From: Octopus sinensis
Lineage: Eukaryota
Reading direction: 5' to 3'
Assembly (NCBI RefSeq): GCF_006345805.1
Contig: NC_043009.1
Location: 56,358,001-56,422,000, forward strand
DNA: 64,000 nucleotides
Part shown: one piece after another, positions 13,103-25,500 of the stretch
How positions within the stretch are numbered: position 1 is the stretch's first letter
Layout of the letters: the number at the start of each line of letters is the position of its first letter
The notes under the pieces: model-generated
What the model was told of the DNA's origin: nothing
The model's database searches: none
What the model saw: only the letters and a program-made list of their open reading frames with translations
Program-made: the position numbers and the translations under genes

Positions 13103-14521
13103 TCTAATGAGTCCAAAGACTACGTCATGCGCCAGTGTCTCCTTTGACACAGTTTCTACAGTTTGATGCCCTTCCTAACACCAATTACTTTAGAGCAAGA
13201 AGTGAGTGTGTTTTATTATTTTATAATCACCAACTCTAGTGAGGTTCAATGCAACTTTCAAGACTATAAACCCAATGGGAAGATGGTTTTTATTCTAAGA
13301 AATGAGGGGTTAAAAGTATGGGAGAGGGGGTCAGAGCAGAACAGATTTCTTACTATTGAGGAACTGTATGACTACTGACATTTTAGAAGAGATATGTGTG
13401 TAAGAGTGCTCATGTTTTCTTATCTGGACATAAACTGATATATATACATATGTAGTGAATCTTGCATGCATGAAGTGGATTCGATCCACCATAGCCAAAT
13501 TTGAATTAACACTGCAACAGAACTGTTCCCCTGGTGGAACAAAGGTTTTTCTCTGACAGCAGTTTTACATTTTCCAGATGCCTTTAGCTAGGCCAAAATA
13601 ATGTTTTCACTACTTGACCCTTTCTAACCTCTTCTATTTCACCAAAAGCTAGCATAGAGATAACAAGACCACCAACTAAATCTATTGCTCTCAATGATAT
13701 ATCTATCCTTCTAGATCTTTATATAAGCAAGCACACCCCAAGCAAAAATCAGTTCGCACAGTCGTGACAACTCAATGAGGTCTGGCTGACCAACCTTGGT
13801 CAGAGGGAGAAATGAAGCTTACTGTCAGACAACACCCAACACTTCTTTCTAGCTCTAAAATCTCTTCTCTTACAACATCATTCTATCTGTCATGGCAACT
13901 ACTACTAAACAATGAGGAGGATACAAAAACAAACTTTACTTCGCATCCTTTTGGATTTATCATAACCTGCCCGTCAAGGCATGGTATTGTAACGTAACGG
14001 TAAATAAATACTTTCTTAAAACATCATGCATTGTTCATCTTTCACATCCTACAGCATGCAATTATAACAACAAATCTTTACCGTCACACCTGCTGACTCC
14101 AACAGCAATTCATAATAACGTTTACCAATCAATTTCTCCCGTTACAATTGGTAACCTAACTACACTTATTAAAAATTAAATCATTACACATATATCACTA
14201 TAATGTTTTAACGTCCACTATCCATGATTGTATGAAGAAGATTTTCTATGGCCAGATCTCCTTCCTCTCACCAACCATCACTTGTTTCCAAGCAAGGATA
14301 TATTTTCCCATGAAATGGCATGGTTTCATGGAAGATTGGAAATCGATGACACCACTTGTATGACAGTGACATTTGCTTACAGCTATCACGCCATATCAAG
14401 ATAAGGAGACACAAACACACACATACACATATACACACATACATACATATACAAGAAGCATCTTTCAGATTCTGCCTACCAAATCGACTCACAGAGCTTT
14501 GGTTGGTCCAGGGTTATAATA

Positions 14522-15637
14522 CAGTCCCATGCAAAAGTCTTCAGTCACTTTAAACTATTGTAAATTTCTACTAATTGCCAACTTATAAGTGAATGTTTCA
14601 CATTGCACTTTTTGCAGATGAAACACTGGCCCTGTTAGAGTTATTTTCATACCTAATTATTATATTTTGAATGAGAGGGGAAGATGCGAGACAACCACCA
14701 AAAATGGCCATGCAAAAGTTTTCAGCCGCTTCACATAAACCAATCAAGATACAGTGTTTTAAAACAGAAAAATGTCTATGATGAAAATTTATTACATAAT
14801 GTTCATTTCAAGAAGTTCTAATAAGTAAGAATTTGTCAGAAGGCCTTCAGGAAAGAAAAACGACCTACATTACATGATGAAAATGGTGAAATTTGGAAGT
14901 AAGAGTCTGATGTTTTGGGAATACATAAAAAGTGATGGTTCAAGAAAGTTGGTTAAAATTGATGGTAACTTGAATAGTGCCAAGTACATCCAGCTGCTGA
15001 AGGACAATTTGATACCAGACTTGGATGAAGGTGAGATTTTTCAACATGATGGAGCTCCATGCCACAGATTGCATGCAACACAACAGAGTCCGGCTGATGA
15101 AGGTGTTACCATATTGAAAGATTGGCCAGTTCAGAGCCCTGACTTATATATCATCAAGCAAATGTGGACTGAACTAAAGAGAAGAGTTCATCAGAAGAAT
15201 CCATGCAATCTTGAAGAGTTGTGGGAGCTCATCCACAGACAATGGCATCTCATACCTGTGAAAATGGTGAAGGATTTGTACACATCTCTTCTCAGGTGCA
15301 TTGAAGCAATTATTCAAGCTAAGAGAAGCCACACAAAATATTAACAATGTATAGTAACTTCTTGAAATGAACATTATGTAATAGATTTTTGTTATAGATA
15401 TTTTTCTGTTTTAAAACACTGTATCTTGATTGGTTTATGTGAGGTGGCTGAAAACTTTTGCATGGTCATTTTTTATGGTTATCTCACATCTTCCCCTTTC
15501 ATTCAGAACCCCTACTACAAAATATAATGATTAGGTATGGAAATGACTCCAACAGGACTAATGTTTCATCTGTAAAAAATGCAATGTCAAACATCCACTT
15601 ATAAGTTGGCAATTAGTAGAAATTTACAATAGCTTAA
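14522..15637 (+). mobile_element. Tc1-family transposon with ~300-bp IR/DR-type TIRs, internally deleted (C-terminal catalytic half only, ORF 14874-15344)
   Basis: TA at 14520-14521. Left TIR ~14522-14820 is the reverse complement of ~15350-15635. The DR CATGCAAAAGT-TTCAG occurs at ~14528 and ~14709. Motifs FVRRP, FQHDGAPCH, WPVQSPDL. Confidence 0.92.
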
Positions 15638-15853
15638 CCCTTTTGTTACCAATCCGGCTGAAACCAGCTCTGATTCTGAGTACAAATGTCTTGTTTTCAT
15701 AAGTTTTGAATTAAAATCTCCCACCAAACCTTAGTCACAATTTATGTTCCTAACACTAGCTGAATGATAACTAAGTTATTTTACTAAATCCTTTGTTATA
15801 TTTAAAGTAATTGAAAGAAACACACAGCATCTCAAAATAAATACAGTAACAGA
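15638..15853. mobile_element. piggyBac-type MITE inserted at a TTAA in the Tc1 right TIR; right end truncated
   Basis: TTAA (15634-15637) followed by CCCTTTTGTTACC; interior is the reverse complement of 2710-2931. Confidence 0.8.
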
Positions 15854-16483
15854 TCGAGAAGTAAGCTTTTTAACGTAGTTTTATCTACCTATCTACTTAT
15901 CTATCTATCAATCTGTCTGTCTGTCTGTCTTCCTACCTGTATGTATATACACTTATATCAATGTAAGCACATGAAACAGCATTCAATTAAAATAATGATT
16001 TATATATCTGTTCAGAATTCTATATTGCACATACAAACATGGAAGAGTGATACACTCACACACACACCCTATCTCACGCACTCAAACACACACACACACA
16101 CACACAAGCATTCTACAGCCACTAACTGTATGTCTGTAATACACACATACTTATAAATGTTTATACATACAAACATACATAAATACATTTAGCAGCTTTA
16201 CAATGCTTATTTACATGTGTGTGTGTGTGTGTGTGTGTATGCCACTAGAAAATTGACAGACAAGATCATTTAGCTGACCTTTTCCCCTTGAAGAGTGCTG
16301 ACAACACACAATACTCAGTAGTTCTTGCCATAGACTTTTATTTGATGGTGTCATTCTGTGAAATGTTTATCCTATTCACATTCATAAACTGTCATTGTAA
16401 ATGTTTTACTTGATCACCTTTACCAGATGCTAAAGTTTTTGCCTCTTTTCCAAATTCAGTTTTTTAAAGCTTTTTAAACAATT

Positions 16484-16890
16484 ACTCTTTTACTCTTTTA
16501 GTTGTTTCAGTCATTTGACTGCGGCCATGCAGGAGCACCGCCTTTAGTCGAGCAAATCAACCCCAGGACTTATTCTTTGTAAGCCCAGTACTTATTCTAT
16601 CAGTCTCTTTTGCCGAACCGCTAAGTGACGGGGACGTAAACACACCAGCATTGGTTGTCAAGCAATGCTAGGGGGACAAACACACACACATACACATATA
16701 TATATACATATATATACATATATACGATGGGCTCCTTTCAGTTTCCATCTACCAAATCCACTCACAAGGTATTGGTCGGCCTGGGGCTATAGCAGAAGAC
16801 ACCTTCCCAAGATGCCACGCAGTGGGACTGAACCCGGAACCATGTGGTTGGTTAGCAAGCTACTTACCACACAGCCACTCCTGTGCCTAT
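16484..16890 (-). mobile_element. tRNA-derived SINE family B, full-length copy (~400 bp)
   Basis: Minus-strand head with A-box-like TGGCTGTGTGG and B-box-like GGTTCAGTCCC, internal (CA/TA)n, and an (ACTCTTTT)2 tail. Confidence 0.88.
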
Positions 16891-17240
16891 TAACAACCAT
16901 TTTTGATTTTTTTTCCATTTTATCCCTCTTTCAGACTCAATATTATGAGAGATATTCTCAAATGTTACTGATAAAGAATGACCAATGGAAAGCATAAACA
17001 TTATTGCATAAACAGAAAGAAGATTTTTCTGTATGAGGTTTTGAAAGAGGGACTGTGCGTTTGATAGGGATCTTGCCGGTTACATTTTAGGGCAGTTCAT
17101 CTGTTACTAGCTCCTGCCTGGTACCTAGTTCTCATCAATATCTCCACAAATTGTCTACTTGCAGTAACCCATCATCTCTGAAACAACATCATTGACCAGC
17201 AGTCTAAATTAGATTGGTGGCAGACATCACCACCACCACC

Positions 17241-17274
<34 letters not shown>

Positions 17275-17525
17275 TCATCATAAGCAGCTGCATTTTAATA
17301 TCTACTTTTCTGTCCTTGCATGGATTGGACAGAGTTTGTTGAGGGTGGATTTTCTAGAGTAGGATGCTCTTTTTGTCACCAACCTTCACTTGTTTCCAAA
17401 TAAGGTAATATTTCCCTATGACCAGACATGAAAGATTGGAAATGAAGAGCATTGCTTACACAACACTCATTTACAACTATTACATGAAGTGAAGGCAAGG
17501 AAATAACAACACACTCATGCACATA

Positions 17526-17717
17526 TACATGGTGCAGCAAATGCATTGTTATCTAAATTACACAAAAGTGAAAATAACACTGGCATCTCATTTTAACAGA
17601 TATATTTACCAAAATTACATAAAAGTATCTTGAAATACTAAAGAGTAAATTTATTCAATAAAATCGCCTTTGGCTTCAATCATGACCTCCAAATGACTTT
17701 AGAATCTCCTGCAACTC
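17526..17717. mobile_element. Terminal fragment of the maT family seen at 432-1721
   Basis: Direct similarity to 432-620. Confidence 0.8.
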
Positions 17718-17899
17718 ATCTGTTTGTGTGAGTGTTAAGGAAAGGAATAGCTTTGTGAAATGCATGTGGATCTGTTCTACATTTGCTGATACACAAAGCG
17801 TTCTCTTATTTTTTTATTTTATTTATTTATTTATTTTGCATTCTAGTATGTATGAAAGAACTTTTAATACTGAGCCTTGGTTTTAGTACTCATGTGATT

Positions 17900-19870
17900 C
17901 GTCACAAAGAAATTCACAACCAACTGACAGGCACTAATGATAGACATCATGATGGTGCACTTCTCTTTGGGATGATGGCTATGGGGTTGGTATTGAGATG
18001 TACAAAAAACTATTTTCCTGGAATGAAAATCAGAAGACATCAGGTGCTGTGACAAATGTGAGCTTTTATGGATGACATCACTGCCATAATAAAAACAAGG
18101 ATAGAAAGAAACACTATCCTAATTAATTTGGATGGGCAATTGTGACAATGTCAACTAAAAAGGATGTCACAGTCTGTCCATAGCATGAGTACTACTTCAG
18201 AATTACTCTGAAACTGGAAGCAGTTCCCAGGATCAGGAAGCAGGAAACTGAGAGCCTTAGTCATCTGTACAGAAGTACCTTTAAATAATGTTAAGTAGGG
18301 TGGAAATACTGAGATTGGGTTCAAGATATTTTCACATCCTGGCTATTGACAATTTCCATTTAGCAAAGAAGTTTAAAGTGTTGTGTTATTAACATAACCT
18401 TTTGCTGAGGCTCTTGTGACCACTCTAAATGAATGAAGTACTTAACAAAAGCAGAGTTTATAGAAACATGTATTAGCAAGTTACAATGGGAGTGGCTTGG
18501 TCTTCTACCAATTGTTCACAAGGATTGGGCTATATACTATTACCGCAAAACTCTACCTGCCTCTTGAATTACTCATGAAGAAGTTTAAAGTAGCAAAAGC
18601 CTTTTGTCATGCAATATGATGGTGTTCTGTGAAATCTGTTGTGTGTGTGACTAGGCTAGTAATATTAACAGGAATAAAATGGATTTAAAAAAGAGATATG
18701 GAGGCGACAGAGCACACCTAGAAATGAGTTGATTACTGTTGTTCAGAATGCATAGGCTGGACTAGTGGGAGGCTAGACAAAGGTTAGACTGATGTGGATA
18801 CCAAACAATTGGATATCCTGCCAGAATAGCAAAGGTAAAGAAACTGTACACACATTCATTTTACATAGATTTTTCCATGCTAGTAATAACAATACATGTT
18901 ATTGAGGTATTGTTTTAAAACTGGATACTCATCTTGTCATCAATAATTACCTGTTTTTCCAGTAAGAGCTTTTTTATTCTACATGTCTTCAAAAGCACAG
19001 ATTTCACCAGTTTACAGAGAACAACAACGTTGAAAATTTGTAGCTCAATATCTTTTCATGTGAAACCTAGAATGTAAATATTCACGCACGCACGCACACT
19101 TGCATGCATGCAAATATGCACAGACACATGCACACAAATGTTGTGACCACTGGAATTCACCAAACTAAAGCAATAGATTTGGACAACAAAAAATAAACTA
19201 TCACTGTGCCTGTAGCCAGTCATGTTGTGAATCCTCTCAAAAGTGGTATTATTGCTTCCATCCTCGGTCAATATTAAACAATGAACTTGGAGTGACACAT
19301 CTTTGGTGTGAAGGTCCTGCATCAGTGGAGAATATTTTGATGCTTGGTAGCATAACCAAGCCATGAAAATCCTTGTTGATACATTAAATCATTAAAGCAG
19401 CAGCATCGATGCAATGGGAATCATCACAAAGTTGCGCCTTATTGTTTTCCATGAAGTGGTTGACAAGATGGAAAGTAGGAGCATGAATAAAAAGAAACTA
19501 AAATCTAGACTTGACACTAATGACTGGAAGGTGGAGGTAGAGTTGAAAGAAGCATTCATGTCCTCAAGCTATGTTGCAATAACAGAGCAACAACCTGGCC
19601 ATACAGCATAGTTTGAGTTAATCAAAAAATGTTCAGATTATTCAGTTAACAGGACCTTATAAAGGCATTATAGAAAGTGGAAAGAAGGGGTCAAAATATG
19701 TAGAACATATAGAGTCATATGACATACTAAGATGGCAGTATATGGTGTTCCCAGTAGAGGTGAGATATCAGGGTTTGTTACTGAATCTACATTGTCCTTC
19801 TCGGCTGTCATTGGATTTAGGAGGAATTAGCAGAGCAGTGATCCAAAAACAAAGAGAAATTTAAAGAATG
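17900..19870 (+). mobile_element. Decayed HERO-like (restriction-like endonuclease) non-LTR retrotransposon
   Basis: Hand-translated motifs in the expected order: AFMDDIT (RT5), VQNA*AGL (GRAGLG-like), HNQAMKILVDTL (after the zinc knuckle), NDWKVEVEL, FPVEVR..GFVTESTLSF (RLE C-terminus). Many stops. Confidence 0.65.
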
Positions 19871-20856
19871 CCTGATCATGAATAGAACAGAGACCAGTGA
19901 AAGAAAGACCAAATCCTCAGCATCAGTGTTGCTTGAAGTCACTGTTGCAAGGTGTTGAAACTATACTGAGCTACAGTTAACAACTGATGAAGACAATGTC
20001 CCACAGGGCTAACTATACATAAAATATATAAATAATTTCTTTGTGTTTATGTTATTCATATATGTTTTATACATGTGCAGTATGAGTATCAAGACTGTTG
20101 CTATGGTAGTGGAGCTAAAGTATGCAGAGTGAAGCTGCTTGGCACAGATTGACCTTGAACTCTGTTGCATATGCCCTCTAAGTTATAGTGTTCTCACTCA
20201 TATCCATTGTTTATAACCGTACTTGGAAGTAAAGTATGTAGTGTGTAGTTATCTCAAAAAGAAGATAGGTACATGTGTCTGTGAAACACTTAGCCACTTA
20301 CATGCTAATTCAAAGAACAGATAATTCAGTAGATCAAACACCTGATCCTCATCAATGAAATAGACAGAAATCCATCCATGTTATATATTTTTATCTTGTA
20401 TTTTTGTGTATTACCAGGTGTCTTATATCAGCATCACTTGAACTGGTCTGCTTCCCAAAAGACAGGGATATTTTTTGCTTTATGTTACTAATCAAAACAT
20501 TGACCATCATATCCTTCATTACTTGCTACTCTTCTAGGTTTAAAATATTTTCTGCAAATAAATATGGTCAACTTTATTTATATTTGTTCAATGCTCTAAC
20601 AGTTCCACCATCCACCAATCTGAGTTTTTATTTTTCCTTCACACTTTTGGAACCATCCCTTCTTATTTGAAGTGGCTGTTATTGATAAACACTCTTTTTA
20701 ACATTAGCCACTAAACTTAAAATCAGGAACATTATTGCATGCACTTGAAACAGCTTTATGTTAAAACACTAGCACATATAACATTTACAATGGGTATGCA
20801 AAAGTAGAGCAACACTGGCTTTAATATTTTAACTCAGAGAATCATCTCAAATAGCC

Positions 20857-20939
20857 TCATGTGCTAAAAACAGTGAGAATGCAAAGTATTGTACTTTGGA
20901 CATTATTCTACTTTGCAGTCTCATTGTGTTGAGCCATGA
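20857..20939. ncRNA. Candidate pre-miRNA-like hairpin
   Basis: 18-nt core stem 20871-20888/20909-20926 (one G-U pair, one mismatch) plus a basal stem, about 32 paired or opposed positions overall; single copy in the window. Confidence 0.3.
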
Positions 20940-21579
20940 AGACAATGGCATTGGACATCTTTGAACTCATAACCTTTTTTTATAATAATTCAGTACATTA
21001 ACCAGTTTTCAGAAGTAACGGTTATACTTTGTTATGTTCGCAAGCTTGTAATAAGTTTTTTTCTTATATTTAGTTCTAGTAAAATTATATCATTATCATC
21101 ATCCTTTCCACTTCTGCTTTTGCTATATAAACCTGTCTTCTAGCTTCCCTTTTAATTATCTGATATGGTTCTTTGCTACCACCATTTTACCTGTTTCCAA
21201 ATCCATCTATTCTCTTTTGTAGCTCTGTCTAACTCACTGTTCCACCAACATGTCACCGTTGGTCTGGCATTAACAACTATAGAATATAAGCAGTTATATA
21301 GATGTCAATCTCTTTATTTAATTTGCATAAAAAATAATAGCTATTCTGTGAGTAAATACTAAGAACATTTATTCTCTCAGTTCCTCATCCACAAACACTT
21401 AATGAAGAAAATGAAAAAAAAGCATGTTCCATGAATTTCCTCTAGATTATAACTGTTTCCATCTTTAATGAAATGTCTCATTTCATAAAATGTCTAAGAT
21501 TATGTCTTAGGGAGTGTCATTTTATTTCTGTTAGCAATAATTTTTATATCATCCCACCTCCTGTTTTGAGTTTTTTTTT

Positions 21580-22530
21580 TACTTAGACATTTAATGTTTT
21601 TTGTTTGGCATCCACTTTCAGGAACTCCATACATTTTCTTTTTCTTACACTTGTGCATCTGGGTTCAATCACCTGTAGTGGCATTGGTACTTGAAAAGTA
21701 TCATATAACCATTCCATTGGTTTTTCCATTTTCTTGGGTTCGCTCTCAACAAATCTTTTTTTCAGTTGGTTCATGTATCTTGTATATACCTTGTCTACTT
21801 TTTACCTAGTATAGCATTTTTCCTATGCATTTGGTAATCACGCCATCTTCCCAACTCTGTTTTCCATTCTTATGTCCCCTCATAAATATCTTTTCACCAA
21901 TTTTGAAAAATTTTACTGTATTTCCCATTGCAATTTTTTTTCTTGCCAGGTAGCTATTTGTCAAAGACTGATTTTACTTTCCTCACAAACATCAGCTCCA
22001 CTGGTGACATACCTGCTGGTGTATTTGGATTTGGTGTCACATGGTAAACTCTTAAGGATTGTTGTAGAGCTACCTCATCCATGACTTCCATATTTGACTT
22101 TCTTTGGGCTCTCTTGATTGTATCAACAAAGCATTCTGCCTGTCCATTAGATCTGGGATAGTATGGAGCCATAGTTACATGTTCTACACTGAACATTTTA
22201 CAAAACTTTTTGAATTCAAAAGACACAAATTGCATTCCATTGTCAAACATTATTGCATCTGGAATGCCAAATCTGTCAAACAGCTTATGTAAAAAATTTA
22301 TCTTATTTGAGGAGGCTGGTTTTTAACACTTAAAAAATTTCTGGCCATTTAAAGAAACTATCTACTACCACTAAGCAGTAAGAACCACTTAAAGGACCAG
22401 CAATACTGATGTGTAGTGTCGACCATGGAACATTTACATTTGGCCAAGGTTCACTTTTTATCACAGGTAATTTTGCCCCTAGAGCACATCCTCTACAGTC
22501 TTTCACAAAATTTTCGATTTCTCTATCCAT
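21580..22530 (-). mobile_element. Gypsy/Ty3 LTR-retrotransposon integrase fragment (pseudogene)
   Basis: CxxC end of the Zn finger; PWSTLHISIAGP (first D lost); FDNG...SNGQAE with D35E spacing; SPVELMF. Split across ORFs 22330-22530 and 21954-22250. No LTRs seen. Confidence 0.88.
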
Positions 22531-25500
22531 TTTTGCTCAGTACACATAGCTTGTTGGAAAACAGTAAAAGGAGGAACAAAAAGCAGCAATAAATCAAGTA
22601 AAGGAAGACAGTAGTGACAGACAAAAGGGCATGCACAACATAAAACACAAAACGTCAAAAAAGTGCATAGTAAAAGATCCATAGAGAGGAAAGGGTGCAG
22701 AGGCATGTTAAAAGTAGTGTTTGAGAATTTCAGGAAGCCTGAAATTTTTGAAGGATGTAGTGTCCTGTAGTTTAACAACTGGATAATTTATTCCATATTT
22801 CAATAATTCTGTGAGAAAAATTAAATGCTCCTGAAAGTCATGAGTACTGCATTGTTTTTTGATTTTATAATAATGTTCATGGGTTGTAGAGATATTTGAT
22901 TCAAAAAGGTAACTGAAGTTGTTGGAAAGAAGAATTTAATAAAAAAAAACAAAAAAACATTAACACAAACTGGAAGTAGTAGACAAATTTTTAATTCAAG
23001 CAACTTTATTTTTAATTCAAAACAGATTCGAAATTAATTTTGATAATTAACAATTCTTTTTTTTAACATTCAATACAAAATGATATCATACAACCAACAA
23101 AATATTAAAAAATAAAGTAGAAATTTTGGCAGTTTAGAACAATGTAACTCCATTGTGTAAACAGGAATTAATTGACAAAGGAAAAATAATACTGATTGTA
23201 TTCAGTTATATAATTAATCTCATCAATATTGTAAGCAATTATTGAATAATATGGAACTAAAAGACACAAAAAAAAAATATATGTATGTATATATATACAT
23301 AAACACTGTGCTAGCTCTTTTTCATTGGACTGACTAGAATAAAGCATAAACATGAATCGAATAAATATGCATAAAAAGGGAAATTTTAAAATCACAATTT
23401 TATTGGCATATTAAGGTGAAACCATGAGCATAGTAAGCAATCCATTGAGGTTATACATAGACAATACAAAGCTACATACAAGGCACCTATTAATGCTTGA
23501 GAATCACATTAAATAGGCATATTGACAAACTTAAAAGGCTCAAAGTTTTTTCAGTAAAGCCACTGTATATTTTTCATGCCTTCAAAAGTAAACTTTTGGG
23601 CATCATTTATTCAAGTAATCAGAGGAAGATTATGTCTGCCACTGGTCATGTAAGTTTTAGAATGTGTTTATATGATAAGAATACAAAAAGTTGAATTTCT
23701 TTTTTTACTTTTCTTCATCAAAAATAGAATAACATTTGAGTATATAAGTTAGAGAGAATATAAATTTAAATGAAAATTAATTTAGAAAACACAAAATAAA
23801 CAACAACAAAAAGAGATTGGTTTTTGATTTCTTTTCTTCTTTGAAATAATGAATTCTGAAATTAAAAGTAATCTATTTGACTAGCTTTCTCAAGGTGAAA
23901 AACAAAAAACAAAAACAAAAAAAAATTAAATAAATAAAACTCAAACGATTAAAAAAAAATACAAATAGTAGTATAATAGTAATTAAACTACAATTCTACT
24001 ATTTGAAAAAAATATTTTAAGATATATTTGGTAGTTTGAATCGCCATGATCATTTTCGATTTGTTTGGGGGTTTTTTTGTTCTTTTTATTCATATTATGG
24101 TTCAGATGATTTCACTGAGTCAAGTCCCTGGATATTTCCCCTAAGTTGGTTATAACTTTAGCTATCACTATTGATCATTAACAACATCTATTACAATCAT
24201 CATTACTATATGACTATATATAGTAGCAGAACCTCAGACAGAAATTTGGCAAGGTGGAAGAAGACTGCTTTGGGCCCCAGACAAGGTGAGGAAGAGAGGG
24301 GATATTTTCAAAATTCAAGGAAGCTGTGAATTTTTTTTTTTTAAGGGAAAGGCTCAGCAGGCCCCTCCTTGGTTCTCCAAGCCCCAAACCAAAGTACAGG
24401 CTGAAGCCCAACCCCTGATAGGACTAGAATAGTATCATAATTTTGTTGTCAGAACCTGACATCCATAATTCTTATCTCATTTACATACAGCTCATTCATT
24501 GGATTCAAATTAAGCATGTGACAAATTACAATCGTTCTCATTCTTTCCTTTATTGAAGATCAACAATTTTTATAGGAATTTTTTTACTTTGAAATTATGT
24601 TTTTAAAATAAGAAATAAAAAAAAAAAGATAGAAATCTAGTCAACAAATGTAAAAATTTACTCAATCTCATTTAAATTCTTACTGCAAAAAAATTTTTTT
24701 TATATTCATCCACTGGTTATAAATCTACCATCCTTATGTATATCACAAAAATGTTTCAAACAAATTCTTTGGTTAACTTCAGGTCCTCACTAGTATAACA
24801 TGCGGCCCACACAGTAATGCATCACATCCAGATATCAATATTAAGCATTATTCCAGTAAATAAGATGGTTGGATGTTGCATTTCATCCATATGCATTAGA
24901 TACCATAACTTCTACAATGTGTAGGCGAAGTCACCAGTGCATGCCAGAAAAAGACAACTTGTTGAGTCAACAGACTAATGTTTAGCTCACACGAACTCTT
25001 ACACCTAATGACATTACATGCACTTCCATTTTTACTTTTATACATTTCTGAATGTCACTCCATGCTTTAGTGGGTAAAGTGGAATGTGCTGTCCAAAATA
25101 TAGCATATTATCAAGTTTTGGCAAGCTGATGGGACAGTGCTGGTCAACTGGAAGCGTCATGGATTCGGTTTTCTACTGTGCTCCCATAATTCAAGATTGG
25201 TGTAAAAATTCCTCATAAACTAAAATATTAAGAAAAAAAGTATCTACATCCCATAACTATGGTTCTTTAAATATAAAGTTACGAGATACCTGATATGATT
25301 TACATATCCACAGCATGTTTTGTATGTCCTATGATTCCACTGTCTGCAGAAAAAAAAACACAAAACCAAAAATATTAATAATAAAAAACATTCAACAGTT
25401 TCTAGAGCTTCAGTGGAAACAGTATCCAGAAATATAAACTGAAATTTTTTTTTCTGAATATAACAAAAAAAAAAAAAAAACCAAATGATTGAATCATATT

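Noticed and set aside
16800-16890. A-box/B-box tRNA-like sequence
   Set aside because: Head of a SINE; no cloverleaf or anticodon arm; not a tRNA gene.
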